64,000 bases of DNA from Balanoglossus misakiensis (Eukaryota > Animalia > Hemichordata). The DNA lies in the NCBI GenBank assembly GCA_040954595.2, contig CM082588.2:1867027-1931026 (forward strand). The letters are read 5' to 3'. The notes under the pieces were generated by a model. The model saw only the letters and a program-made list of their open reading frames with translations. It did not search any database and was not told the DNA's origin. A program made the translations under genes and the position numbers. Each line of letters starts with the position of its first letter. Position 1 is the stretch's first letter. Shown here in pieces: positions 38,653 to 51,125 of this stretch.

Positions 38653-41600
38653 CTACATGGGTTTTTGTTTCCAACTGTTTCCTCGCTTTGATTTCTTGGA
38701 GGGGACAATCTTGGCTTTTCCTCGTCCAATTTTGACAGGTTTACCTGGCAGGAAGTGAACAAATATAACAGGTTACTTTCCAGTAATTCAAAGGTTGTTT
38801 GCACAAGTGTATCTACATGTATATCGCATGAACTTGACTGGTTTTCTGACGTTGGTTGTATGTTTTCTTCACTCACCTGTTGACAGCGGCATCTGCTGAC
38901 CACTGTACATCAGCATCAGGTCAGGTGACCCTTCCGTCTGTTCGGTCAAGGTCACCACCACAGTGTCGTTTCGGATGACGAAATCCATCGCTGATCCCAG
39001 ATAGTTGATCCCTGTTATGTTAAATCCGGTAGTGGCTGGTGGAAGCACCGGATTGATGGTCAGACTGTCCTGATACAGCCGGAGTCCTCCGTAACCGAAT
39101 AAAACAGCTTGAAGGAAACCTCCCATTCCAGTACAGAAGTTGATAGCCCCGGTACCATCGGAAACTTCTGTCCAAACCTATGAATAACATGACAAACATT
39201 TACCGCAATGATCAGGGAAAAAATTTCATGACAAGCAGCAGAAATACATGCATCTGAGATACACACACCTACAGGTCAAATAAACCAAGATGTTACCATT
39301 AAATGTCCAAAGCTTATTATCCACTTACTTTGAATGGCTCTTGTATGTTAGCAAAGCTGCGGTTGAAGAGGGAGTTGGCTCTGTCAATTTCTCCCAGCTC
39401 TAACCACCCAATGGAGAACATTCCCCAGGTCATGGCTGGACCGTGGCCGTCGGTGTATTTCTCGTAGTAGACAAGGTCATTCCTGCGAACTTGTTCACTC
39501 ATGTTTATCATGAGGGGGAAGCCCAGTAATATCACATCAGCTTGTTTCACGATAGTACCTGCAATATTTTGAATTATGCATGATGAATGAGCCTGTCATG
39601 ACGTTTAATGATAAAACAAGTGAGACCTTATCACAGCTTACAGAAGACGACCACTCACCATTTGTGTAGCTGTCATACTCGGGATGATACTGTTTGTCCG
39701 TGTCAAAGGGAATGTACATGTTATCAGCAATATTCTTCCATTCTGGGGGTACACTGGCGTTGATGAATTGCGCAGCGTAGTAGGGTAAATTCAGACTGAT
39801 CTGAGCCACTATGTTGGTGTACACTGAATTGTTGACATTCTGGTGATACTCGTCCGGTCCCATTACGTCTGTTAGGATGAAACATATACACAGCTGTATG
39901 AGTTGTAAGATTATTGCAAGTTGTCATGGGTACATGTACCTGGCACATTTAATTTTCAGTTCAGGTTTTATGAAGACATCATTGTATGCATCAAACTTTT
40001 TGGGAAGGAATTTCAAGACAAACACATCTGACTAAATGACATGAGATTAGGTGAAATCTCTTTTGGTGTGAATTACATCTAACCACAGTAACACAGCCAG
40101 TGATAACCTCTGTCCACACACGGGCTTACCATGTATGACATATTTATTTTTACTCGCATCCCACTTCGCTCGGCATTTCCAAAAATCGGCGATACTTCTG
40201 ACGGTATCAAAGCCTTGCTTCGCAGTTATGAAATCAAGATCCTCTGTGGCAGCTATGTACTGCTGAATGGCAAAAGCAATATCTCCTGTAATATGCTGTT
40301 CGTAGTCCCTTGTATCTGGCGCCGGATCCACCTCCAGCCCTGGAGGAGAGAAACAATCACCAAACATACATGTTTGTTGGAAAGTGGATATCTCCAGTAA
40401 GTCTTACCATTTAGCACATAGAGTTTCCTGCTCTGATCAAACTCAACTCTGTTGGCCCAAAACTTTGCGACATCGGTCAGTAACTCAAATCCCCGATGCC
40501 TGAGCAGAAAATCTCTGTCCCAAGTTGTGGAAAGATATTGCTGAAAGGCGTACGCTATATCTCCTGAAATGTGGACTTCGTTTTTGGAATAGATTGGACC
40601 AGGACAAACTTCTAAACCTGAAGAGATAAGAGTGGTTTCCAAATCTTAAGCTGAATTTTGAACAGACACGAGTCTGAATGATGGATGGTTCCAATATTTC
40701 AGTTTTAAATTTATGATGGAGAGAGTGAGAAAGAGTGATAGATGTCAACATGACAGGAAATGTAGCAGGCCTGTTTACACATGCAATTTGCATATGTCAT
40801 CCATGCAGTCACTGTGGATGTAAAGGGAGTGACTTTGACAGAGCAGGAAGTTGCATTCCAGTAAATATAAAGTTGAATGCTTCATTAAATTTTACAATTT
40901 TAACTGATGAACGCTTGAATGAAATACCTGTATAGGCACTCTCCCATGGGAACTTGGCACCAGTGCAGCCAAAATCCTTAGCATTGACTTTGGCAGCGTC
41001 AAGATGCAATGTCCGGTACAACAGCATCTCTTTGGCAAGCGACGGATAAAACATCAGCATGGTCGGGTACATCCAAGTCTCCATGTCCCAGAACACGTGA
41101 CCTTGATAATCAGCTCCCAGGGCACCCTGAGCCAGCCCACCAGGACTCAGACCAAAAAACGGAAACTTGAATTCGGGATCGGTCAGCAATGGTGGCAGGG
41201 AGCTGAGGATGTAATACATGCTGCCGTAAATGGCCTTGCTCAGGTAGAGGTCGCCCTCGAGGTCGATTTTACCACGATTCCACTTGTACTCCCATGAGTT
41301 GACATGGCTCTGATAGAGCTTATCATCGTCAAGTGCCATCTGCATTCCCAGCTTGTAAAAGAGTGATGCCTGATTGTCATCCAGGGCCATTGAAGTCAGG
41401 AACGTCCACTGCTGTTTTGAGCTGGATCCGGGTAATGTGATTTTGTCTGGCAAATCCGTCCAATAGACAAACACTACCGGCTTGCCCGAACTGGATGTCT
41501 CAGGTGTTTTGATTGGCCCAGACATTGACCAGACTCCTTCTTTCACTGGATTCACTTTAAAATCAATATCATTGCTCGCTGGACCAAGGTTCATTTTTAA

Positions 41601-42625
41601 ATCAACTGTCACAGGATCTGTAGATTGGCTTTTGCGGGTGATGATGATGTCATTGACAAGAAGACGTGTGTAGTACTGGTGGGCGTAGACACGTTGCTGT
41701 ATACTAACAGTTGGAGTGTCAATGTTGTAAAAAAATACACCTGGGAAAAAAGTACAAAACATATTAATACTGAAGCATTATACACGAAAAGAGGCCCAAC
41801 CTTTATAGAAACAATGGATTTGGACTGGTCCATAGTGGTGAAAGGTTAAGACAAAGGTTAAGACTACTATAGGAGTTTACCTTTGCCAACGTCCAGCGCA
41901 AATGATTCATTCTTATCTGCAGTTTTGCCAGCCACCCCTCTCAGAGATAAAGTGATTGCACCAGTGGAGGGGATCCTTGCACGGTGGCTGTGTTCCTCGC
42001 GACCATTGTAGACACCGTTCATGTACACCGTATTACTGTACACAACTGAAGATAAGTAACCATTGCCTACCGAGGCCATGTATCTGGAGTTACTTGGCAA
42101 TCTGCATCGAAGAAATTAATTCATTTGAGCTCACATGAACAATAAAACATTGACGTTTGTAAGTTCATTGCAAACCAGGCACTTGTTTTGAATTTCCAGT
42201 AGCTTGTACTGAAAGCAGTGTTTATACTGGGGCTCTGCTACAAGTCCGCCAATCATTATTTCACCAAGAAAGGGTAAATTGTTTATCTCAGTAATATTTT
42301 AAACTTACTTATCTGATCGGAAGACAGTCGGTTCTGAAGACAGGTCCTTTATGTCTTCCTTGAAAAGAAGCTTTGGGTTTTTCATGACTGGTTCTCCTTT
42401 TAACAAGATACCAAAGTCAGCATTTTGAAACTCCACATCCAAAGGCGCCTGTTTATTCATCAAGTGGTCCTTATGAACGTCCTCTTTGTCTTGATGAAGA
42501 ACTTCATTATTCAGTTTGCTAGGAAACCTGACTTTGTCTTGTTTGGATTGAATGAGAGCACCATTGAGGTTTGTTATGAGAAATGCTGCCCCTACCAGTA
42601 GTACAGATGCCCTTGATGTCATCAT
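38653..42625 (-). CDS. PGGHG: GH65 protein-glucosylgalactosylhydroxylysine glucosidase / acid trehalase-like (PGGHG/ATHL1-like) with N-terminal signal peptide
   Basis: Motifs: ASVGNGYL, FGLSPGGL, YQGHVFWDMETWMYP, AKFPWESAYTG, VMGPDEY, VKQADVILLGFPL, GPAMTWGM, GMGGFLQAVLFGYGGLR. Exons 42309-42625, 41881-42101, 40928-41740, [40408-40617 or 40130-40339], 39659-39868, 39329-39558, 38877-39177, 38653-38744. Confidence 0.9.
40130..40617 (-). other. Duplicated, probably mutually exclusive 210-nt exon pair (40408-40617 and 40130-40339) of the GH65 gene
   Basis: Identical length and phase (1-1), canonical AG and GTAAG ends, homologous peptides (GLEVCPGPIYSKNEVHISGDIAYAFQQY.. vs GLEVDPAPDTRDYEQHITGDIAFAIQQY..), separated by only 68 nt. 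Confidence 0.85.
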
Positions 42626-42649
42626 TCTGCAGTCAAGAAAATAAAGGTT

Positions 42650-42715
42650 ATCATCACCACCAACACTACCACCATCATCACAACCACCACCACCATCGTC
42701 GTCGATCATCATCAT

Positions 42716-42784
<69 letters not shown>

Positions 42785-42787
42785 CAC
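42650..42787. repeat. (CAT)n/(CAC)n microsatellite just upstream of the first coding exon of the GH65 gene
   Basis: Long CAT run; it produces the artefactual poly-Met in ORF 42305..42913. Confidence 0.9.
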
Positions 42788-44689
42788 ATAATTGATCATA
42801 CGAAAATAACTCACACTTTTACACGTTTGTCCGGCTGACCAATCAGACCATGAAATGAAGGCTGGCGATAGTATGCAAGTAACTGTAAGGTTTCTGCTGT
42901 CTGCGCACCACAAGGTGACACCACACCTCCGAAATCGTCTCTGTTACAGTTCCACGAATATATATTGTATATTTACTCTTCGCAGCGGCTTCGATATCAA
43001 TATTTTCTCTGTAGAGAGCGACCCTGAACTAAGTCACATGCCCGTCACACTCGCCCGCATCATTCAAGAGTAGAGAACTTCTAAACAACCACATTGAGCA
43101 CCCCTAGCTTTGTTTGATTTCAAATATTTATATTTTATCTAAAAACATGATAAAAAGCAGTGGTATTTCATACTTTCTGACAGTGAAGCAATAATCACAA
43201 ACAGATAATGTATATGTTCGTGCACAAACATTTTTTCTCTCACACAGTCTTTCCTGTGGTTCTCTCTCGATCATGATATCATCTGGAGAAATGTACATGA
43301 AAGAAACATCATGTCTACTGTGTTACGCAGTCCCACGGATCGGTGGGCGGGGCACAGTGGGCGTTGCCTGCTGGTCTGCTGCAACTGAACACATCAGTAC
43401 GTGTGGAAATCCTGTCTAAACATTTCACTTGATGTAACTTTCATTATTGTCTGAAACCTTGGCAACAGTGGCGCACTGCCCTTGACATTCCTTGGACCTA
43501 TCCGCGTCGGTAACGAAGCTAATATCAAATTGAACAGTTTATGTATAGGAACACTATAAATAATAGTAATAATAATAATCTAAAATATAAATAAGCGGAG
43601 TTTCTTTCAATAAACGCAAAAATACTGCGATTGATTTGCTTGATATTTTCTTAATAGTGAACGAGCCTGTATTCCGTCATCCGTACATGTACTGGGTAGC
43701 TATAATACATGTAATTCATCGCTCGTAGTAGGTCATCGTTTAGTGAATGTAATTTGTAATGGATTGTTAATGTTATTGTGCCGCCCAGGGGGATGTCTTT
43801 GTGATACAAACCAGGGTCACAGCGAAACGGTGCGCGACAGAGGCTACCTGTTTTCCATATAACGGTGTCCTGTTTGTTTACAATCTTTGAATGGATCCAC
43901 GAAGGTGTAAATTTGTGAACATGGAATGACAGGAGATGTGATTAATGTTCTGCCGCTGAAAGCGTCGCATGTTTGAGAGAATATTTAGGCGAATCGCGAG
44001 AAATTTAAAGTGGAAGGTGGTTGGTTAAGATTTCATCGAGTGGAATACGCCCAGTCGCACAAAATAATCGGACAGCAGACGACACACGAGTGTCAGTTCC
44101 GTTCGATCCGTCGACGCGTTGCTGTTTTACGATGTACGACGCGACGGTATATTTACGACACTCTACCTGTGATCAATGTGCTTAATTAATATGCTACACT
44201 GATCGTGTTCAGTTACCATTCAACAGGTGGGTAACCTCACTTCAATATTCCCTAAATCCGCTGGCGAGCGAGCCCCCTTGTTGATTGTCACATTTCGCGA
44301 TGAAATATACATGTACACGTTTATTGGTGATCATGATGAAACTTGTATGCCATTGGAAATTTACAACATTCCATCAACACAGTTACATTACATACGTTTT
44401 TATATCCAGACACTTGAGAAGATAAGTACTCGAGTATAATAATGTCGGTTGCCATGATTACCTAACGACAGCGCTAACATTGTCTGTCGCCATGGATACC
44501 TGATGACAACAACGCTCTCAACCAATGAAAACCCACTTCAGCAGAGTTCACTATAGCTCTGCTCTCAGCAGCAAATTTAGGGATTCACAATGATTGTTAA
44601 GGGGTAATGACTTTAAAAACACGTCCATGTCACTTTTTTTATATTAAACTTTAATTATCTGTAGACAGTGAAGCTATAATTGTTTGAAC

Positions 44690-47600
44690 ATGGGATCATC
44701 TCCATCAAAGAAATCAGACAGGAAAAGTATCATCAGTTCTGAGTCAGAAAACAAAGGCAACAAGCAGCATAATCTGCCGGATTTTGTCTTTGAAATGTTG
44801 AAGCAATGTCTGTACAGCTTACCATTGCCACCTGGAAGAGGTGTCAACGATAAAACGTGTGAAAGAATTGCAAGGCATGTTGAGAAAGTGGATGTTATGG
44901 AACCCAGGGATGTCCTAAAGAAAGGTCAGTGGTTGTTTTTGGCCTTTGGGGGGATTAGGCAAGACTTGAACCTGCAAGGTTTGTACAGGCCTAGTTTTGC
45001 ATGATCTGTATTAAGAAGTCTTGCTTCTTTTCTACAAGAATATGCAGTTGACAGACCCAAAGGAGAGAAATAAAATGAAAGAATGACATCTTATGTCTGA
45101 CCCTCATTTTCATGCATCTTGGATCTCTTCAGGTGATGCCGCTAAAGGCATTTACATTGTTGTGAGCGGTACAGCTGAAGTGGTATCAGAGAGAGGAAAT
45201 GATGTCATAGCAACCATTTCTGAAGGGGAATACTTTGGTGACATTTCAGTTTTATTTGACAGACCGTGTACTGCCAGAGTGAGAATACCATACAAGTGAG
45301 TGAGGAAAAGTTATGGACAAAGGGGACTATTCAAATCTAACCAAAAACACAAACTCCGCTTGTCCAGCCAAACCCAGATATCAAACAGTCAGGTGTATAC
45401 CCCCTGACCTGTGCATGAGCAAACCTTTTGAATACGTCTGAATGGTTATGTCAGACATGTTTTCAGACAATTTATATGCTCTTCTACAGCATCTCAATTG
45501 ATCAAACAAATACTGTTGTAAACATCGATTTTTTAATACATTTTTGCATTCAACGTGCTAAGTAAATAAGTACTGCGAAACATTTCTTTCTCAGTGAAGC
45601 TCATTGAGTTTTAACAATCCTGTGTATATTTGGATGCAGGGCTATATTGCTTCTTCTGCCAGTGGGGAAAGCAAAGGAGATCTTACACAGAGTGGAGATT
45701 GATATCAAAGATTACTATGTCCTCAGGAGGTACCTGGATACAGACGGCTCGTTGGAGCAGAATGCCTTGCAAAAGGAAATCACATTGGATGCTTTCAAAC
45801 AGGTATTGACATTTGTGAATTGATGACAATGGTTAGGCACTGGCATGGTGACGAGAAATTGTAAACAGACACAGTATATTATATGGACCCTTTGATATAT
45901 GTATCTCTGTTCATAGGTTCCAATGTTTGGAAACTGGAAAACACAGTCTTTGGAATTCATGGCATCTCAGCTACAGAAAACCCAGCAACCAATCACTGTG
46001 TACCCAGCCGAGTCTTGTCTACTTATACAATATGATCCATCTCAGGAAATATGTATTCTACTCAGAGGAAAGTAAGTACCCCTCCCAACTCTCTTCACGA
46101 CAACCAGTACATCTCTGACCAAATACATAACCTATAAGTTTGGTTATTACCCATGATGGTTTGTAGCTATAGGGCCATATACTGTGAAACAGTGATTTTT
46201 GATAGTATATAATGTTATTTTCTTTTCTTTAAATCTTTTGCAAACAAATGGTTTAGATTAGAAGTTCTTGATCACCGTAGAAAGATCATGGTCATTGAAG
46301 CTAAGAAAGTGCCATTATGTTTAGGTGAAGAAGGTGAGTATATGCTTACAGTCTTTGACACCCTCCCCCACCCCCCTGCTAATCTTGGATTACCACCATG
46401 GTTTTCTAACAAATTCCAATTCAATGTTTCATTTCATGTAGCGAATGATGTGTTTATTATTATGATTGAATTCAGGAATGTTTACTGGTAGAGACAGACC
46501 TGTTAGTTTCCGTGCAATAACAGTATGCCATGTGATCAGACTTGAGAAATCAATTATCCACGATACCGTCCAGGAGGTGAGACTAGCATTTATTTTGTTT
46601 TTAACAGACCAGACAGCAATGTATTACCTGGTACTTCCAAAAAATATGGAGAATAAAACTCCCACTTAACAGATTTTCTCCGATGTGATCGCAAATGTTA
46701 ATTGGAAATCTTAACCTTGTTTTGTGACATCCTTCTTTTTGTCAGTTCAAGCAAGATGCCGGAATGTACTATTCCAGATCCTTAGACTACTGGATGAAAA
46801 TTGACAAGTGGAAAGCAAGGAAAGTGTACCAAACATATGAAGCAGAGTTACAGCTAGAAGTAAGTACTTCGATGAAAGCAGATTTGTAATTGGATGACAA
46901 AGTGACTCATAATGCTGAGCAGCAGGGCATGGCCAATCAACAGGTGGTTTGCATCAGTGTTAGGACATTTTTTTTTCTTTTCGTGCAGCGATTAATTGTG
47001 AATATCTTCTCTATGTTCATTGTCCAGGTCATAATGCAGAAATTATGGAACAGTCTGATTTTCAGTGAAGTATCTGTGGGGTTTATCCACTCTATCGCAA
47101 TGGCTTCCACGGCCTATGAACACGTGAAGGATGAAGTTGTACTCACAGAAACAGACTACAGTAAGTCAAATGTCTACAAACATTTTGATGCTGACAAGAG
47201 AATGCATACTTGTCGCTGAAGTTTATGTTTGAACATATTTCTTTCTGCATTATGCTTGCATCTGAGTACATGTTGTAACCATTTACCTGTTTGCCATTCT
47301 ATCTTTAAGCTTATGTCTGCAGTTCTCTAGATAGCAGTAGAAAAGTAGACAAGAAATGGAATGTAGACTCCAGACAGGCAGTAGAGCTATTTGAGAGTAA
47401 GCTATAGATAGCACCCTGCAATAGCAGTGTGAGATAGCACCCTGGGATAGCACCTTGAGATAGCACCCTGGGTTAACACTTTGAGATAGCATTTGGTGGT
47501 TATAGCAATATGAGATAACCAAGATGGGTTTTCACACTGATGAGGTGTAGTGTGAGATAGCACTCTGAGATAATGGGAGAGCGTCCATCACTGTTGAAGT

Positions 47601-48394
47601 CTTGCATGAGTTTCTTTTCCTAATTATTGCAGTTCAAAATTGCTTTCAGCAGTATAGGACAGAAAGTTTGAGACTATCATTTTGGAGTCTCATGCATGCT
47701 TTTAATTTCTTTAAATTCAGATATCTGCACTGAGTTCTCTAAGCACATGATGCATTTCCCATGATGCACTGTTTTCTGATCACAGCATGCAACAATGTAA
47801 GCAGTTTTGTTTACTTGCTTTGGTAACAAATTGATGATCTAAACTACTAACATGCCTTTGAGTGAAGTTTTAAAGTTTAAAGTTAGCATTTTTAGGTCAC
47901 GGTAGTTTTTTTACAAAAATGTTACTTTTTCCAACCACCAGAAAATCAGCAACTCTTTCTACTGCTGGATGGCGAAGTGACATTTGTGTCAGGAAACAAG
48001 AAAGTCTTAGACTTGAAACCTGGTGATGTATTCTGTAAGTAATATATTCTTTCAGCATTTCAGAGTCTAGTTTAGGCATCCCCTAGGACATCAGAGTTTA
48101 CAGTTGTGTCAATCAGTTTGAGAATTTGACGGTTTTTCTTTTCATCCAGGGAATTCCTCCTGGTTACCAGCAACAGGTAAAATCAAGGCTTCACAAACAT
48201 CCCTGTTGGTGAGATTCACAGCAGCTGCTATACGAGACTCTCTGAAGGCCTATCCAGACTCTGTGCTGATACTGCCACAGAAACCATCAGAGATGATTGC
48301 GGGTGATGCCGAGACACAAAATGGTGTCGATGAGGATGTTACCGGGGAAACAAGGCCTGGGAGTTCCAGAGATGAAAGTAATGCCGATAAATAG
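44690..48394 (+). CDS. Cyclic-nucleotide-binding-domain protein with 2-3 tandem cNMP-like domains and an N-terminal myristoylation motif, multi-exon
   Basis: Starts MGSSPSKK. First CNB domain: LKKGDAAKGIYIVVSGTAEV..ISEGEYFGDISVLFDRPCTARVR. Second: VPMFGNW..ICILLRGK..LGEEGMFTGRDRPVSFRAITVCHVIRL. A third, degenerate domain follows. Approximate exons 44690-44924, 45133-45295, 45640-45802, 45917-46072, 46257-46334, 46476-46577, 46746-46859, 47028-47160, 47942-48034, 48150-48394. Confidence 0.78.
47390..47575. repeat. Degenerate intronic minisatellite (~13-bp GAGATAGCACCCT units)
   Basis: Multiple GATAGCAC(C/T) repeats with irregular spacing. Confidence 0.7.
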
Positions 48395-49201
48395 GACAAG
48401 GAATATGCCACAATGAAGGATACGACTGTCGATGGATGAGGGATTAGATCTCAGGATTAATGGATGAGAGTATGAGCAATTATAAATGTATTAGAAAAGC
48501 AAGTTAATATTTATTTCATAATACAAAGAATAAAATATGAAATAAGTACATTTATATGCTTAAAATAAACTATAAAGTCTCTCTATGTGATTATATATTG
48601 ATTACTGTTCAAGGTCGATACTTTCCAATGTGTTCTACTTATTATCCAGTACAGTAGTTTGGAATGAGTAATATAAGAAAATGTCAAAGCAATTCTGCAG
48701 TATTGTTTTGGAAATAATGCTATTGTTACAACAAAAATTTGTAGGCATTTCTTGAAATATTTATATGGCAGTGTTGTTTATTCTGTGTAACTTGCAATAA
48801 ATTGTTATCGAATTAACGTTGACACTTTCAGTGTTTGTTTATATAATGCTAGTGACCAACTGCATTCTGACAGTACAGATGATAAGCAGTTGTGTATTTT
48901 TCATACTCTGCACCCATCAAAAAAAAGAGAAATAGTGTATAGAAAGAGCAATAAAATCTTAATTTTCAAGTGAGATAATAACATGATAAGCAAGCAAATG
49001 AGGACTGGGGAACGTGGAGCTTTGATAGCCTCTAACATTTTAAAGACATGAAAGGCCTCAAATAGAAGTAAACTGAACTGTGAAGGTATACTGCGATATT
49101 TGCTGACAAACAACAGATGTATATGAAACATAGTAAAACTGATGATGTTTATCAGATTTCCATCTTAGTGAGTGGAAAAACTTCTTTTTAAAAAACCCAG
49201 C

Positions 49202-50685
49202 TTAACGCTTTCTCTTCTGAGAGCCTTTCATTCTGCTGGATCTGTACGAGAGATCATTAGTCTCAGTGCTATTGTCAAACTCGTATTCAGATTCAGACTC
49301 AGACTCAGACTGGAATTTCACTTTGGCCTGTATATTCTTCCTCGACAGACGTTTCTGGGGACTTGACGACGCGAATCGTGGGCTGGCTTGAGGCAGGTGT
49401 TTGGGGTTTGACGTCAAACTCTCAAGTCGCTCCTCCATCTTTGCCATTTTATCCGACATTTCAATAAACGAGGCTTGAAGCTAGAGACAGACAAAGTACA
49501 GACGAAGATATCACTTTGCGTCTGTACAGATGCATGACAGTAAAATGGAATTTTTTGTAAAAACTATACACACTCCCAGGGCCCATGTAGTTTCTATAAA
49601 AAAGAGCCTACCTTGTAAATGCATGTTTGTAGAGTTCTGGCAGATGGGATTTCTAAAATGTTGTCTCGGACAGTGCCTGACTCTTCACAGCTGCCAATTT
49701 GGTAACTGAAATTCAAACCAACAAAGGTGGTTAATATAACAGCATACAAGCAGTGAGGAGTCTCCATTAAAACTTACTTTTCTCATACCCCCCCCCCCCC
49801 CCACCATTTCATTTGCAGTAAATAGGATGAAGGAACAAGATATTGCAGGATTGGCACTCACCATGTGATGTTATTGACATCAAATGAAAAGTAGTCACGG
49901 AGATGGTCAAATCCCCTGTTGGTGCTCTTGTACTGTTTACCAATAGTTGTCTTACACTTCTTGCACTTCAAGTTACGAAAGGAGCTGTGATGAAAATGTA
50001 GAGTGTAGATTAGACCACGTACATTGTATCACATTATGAACAGCAACTGATTGATTATTCTGATGCAGGTATCATTTCCCAGAAAGAAGCAATGCTATCT
50101 AAAGTACTACTTCTTACCATCCTTCATCCATGCCACATTCAGAATGCATTGTCTTCTTATCAATCAACACAAACTCTGTAATGCCTGAAAATCCAAAGAA
50201 ATAACGAGGATAACTCACTGCCTCTGTTTAACAAAGAGTACACGCCCACCCCGAGAAACTTACATGACTTACCAGTCCCTACTATACTAGTTGCTGCTGG
50301 CTGGGCCATATGTCTAGGTTTTGTCTAGTTATTAGCGCTGAACATCAACCATATATCTTTGCTGCCCGGCAACATGGGCCAAACCTCGAGCTACGGTATC
50401 ATTGCATCTGGATTAGCAGATAGTAGTGGACGCATCATGACACTGAGTTTGCCCAGTGTGGATTACATGTGTACAGTTTGAAATGTATATTCACTCAGTG
50501 CACTTACTGTTGACGGTGAACACCTTGAGAATGTCGTCAGTGCCAATGCATTGGTTAGAATCACTTATAACGGAACTGCAAGCAGCACACTGGATAACAT
50601 ACGGTGTCTCCACAATCTCTTCGTTCTCCATATCAACAGAGTCAAGTGAATCAGTTTTCTGAAAATTTGACATTGCCGCCGCCAT
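49202..50685 (-). CDS. Mis18 (Yippee/Mis18-domain) centromere-licensing protein, MIS18A/OIP5-like, 5 exons
   Basis: PYVIQCAACSSVISDS ... FRNLKCKKCKTTIGKQY (two CxxC motifs) ... HLRDYFSFD ... YQIGS, then a coiled-coil-like segment (EMSDKMAKMEERLESL). Approximate exons 50508-50685, 50118-50184, 49862-49985, 49613-49706, 49202-49480. Confidence 0.85.
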
Positions 50686-51125
50686 ATTTGAATTTTGACG
50701 AAATGACTCATGGGTAAATAAAGTCAAATAATTTATCGGGGAATCTAGCTACAACATTCATTATTGCGCTAAGATGAGCTAGTTTATCATATCTAGTCTA
50801 TCATTTTCATTTTTAGTAGAGGTGAAAAGTGCATGTATTATTTTAAGCGAAAATTATGCCACTGAGCCCGTTGACCCTATGAAAGGTCAACAGGCAAAGG
50901 TCAGAGAAGGTCACCAGTAACGTGTGTCAGCTGTGGTCACATAACGACGGCTTCTGGGGCCGACGCCGGGCCGGTAGCCGTGTCGTCGATCGTTTGTACT
51001 TTGAAGATTATTCCGGTAAACAATCATTGATCCCAACGTGGTGTTGCCTTATTAAATTCCACCTAGGAAGTGGTGCGATCTCCGTGGCTTGTACACGTAC
51101 GTACAGGTCAGCGGCCGCGTACACC
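50686..51125. promoter_or_regulatory. Bidirectional promoter region of Mis18/MTRES1 with clustered AGGTCA half-sites
   Basis: The divergent ATGs are only ~440 bp apart. TGACCC at 50872-50877 and AGGTCA at 50884-50889, 50898-50903 and 50908-50913. A YY1-like AAATATGGCGGC overlaps the Mis18 ATG. The region is locally CpG-rich. Confidence 0.6.

Noticed and set aside
42305-42913. Poly-methionine protein
   Set aside because: Artefact of reading through an intronic (CAT)n microsatellite. A splice acceptor at 42627-42628 precedes the true ATG at 42625.
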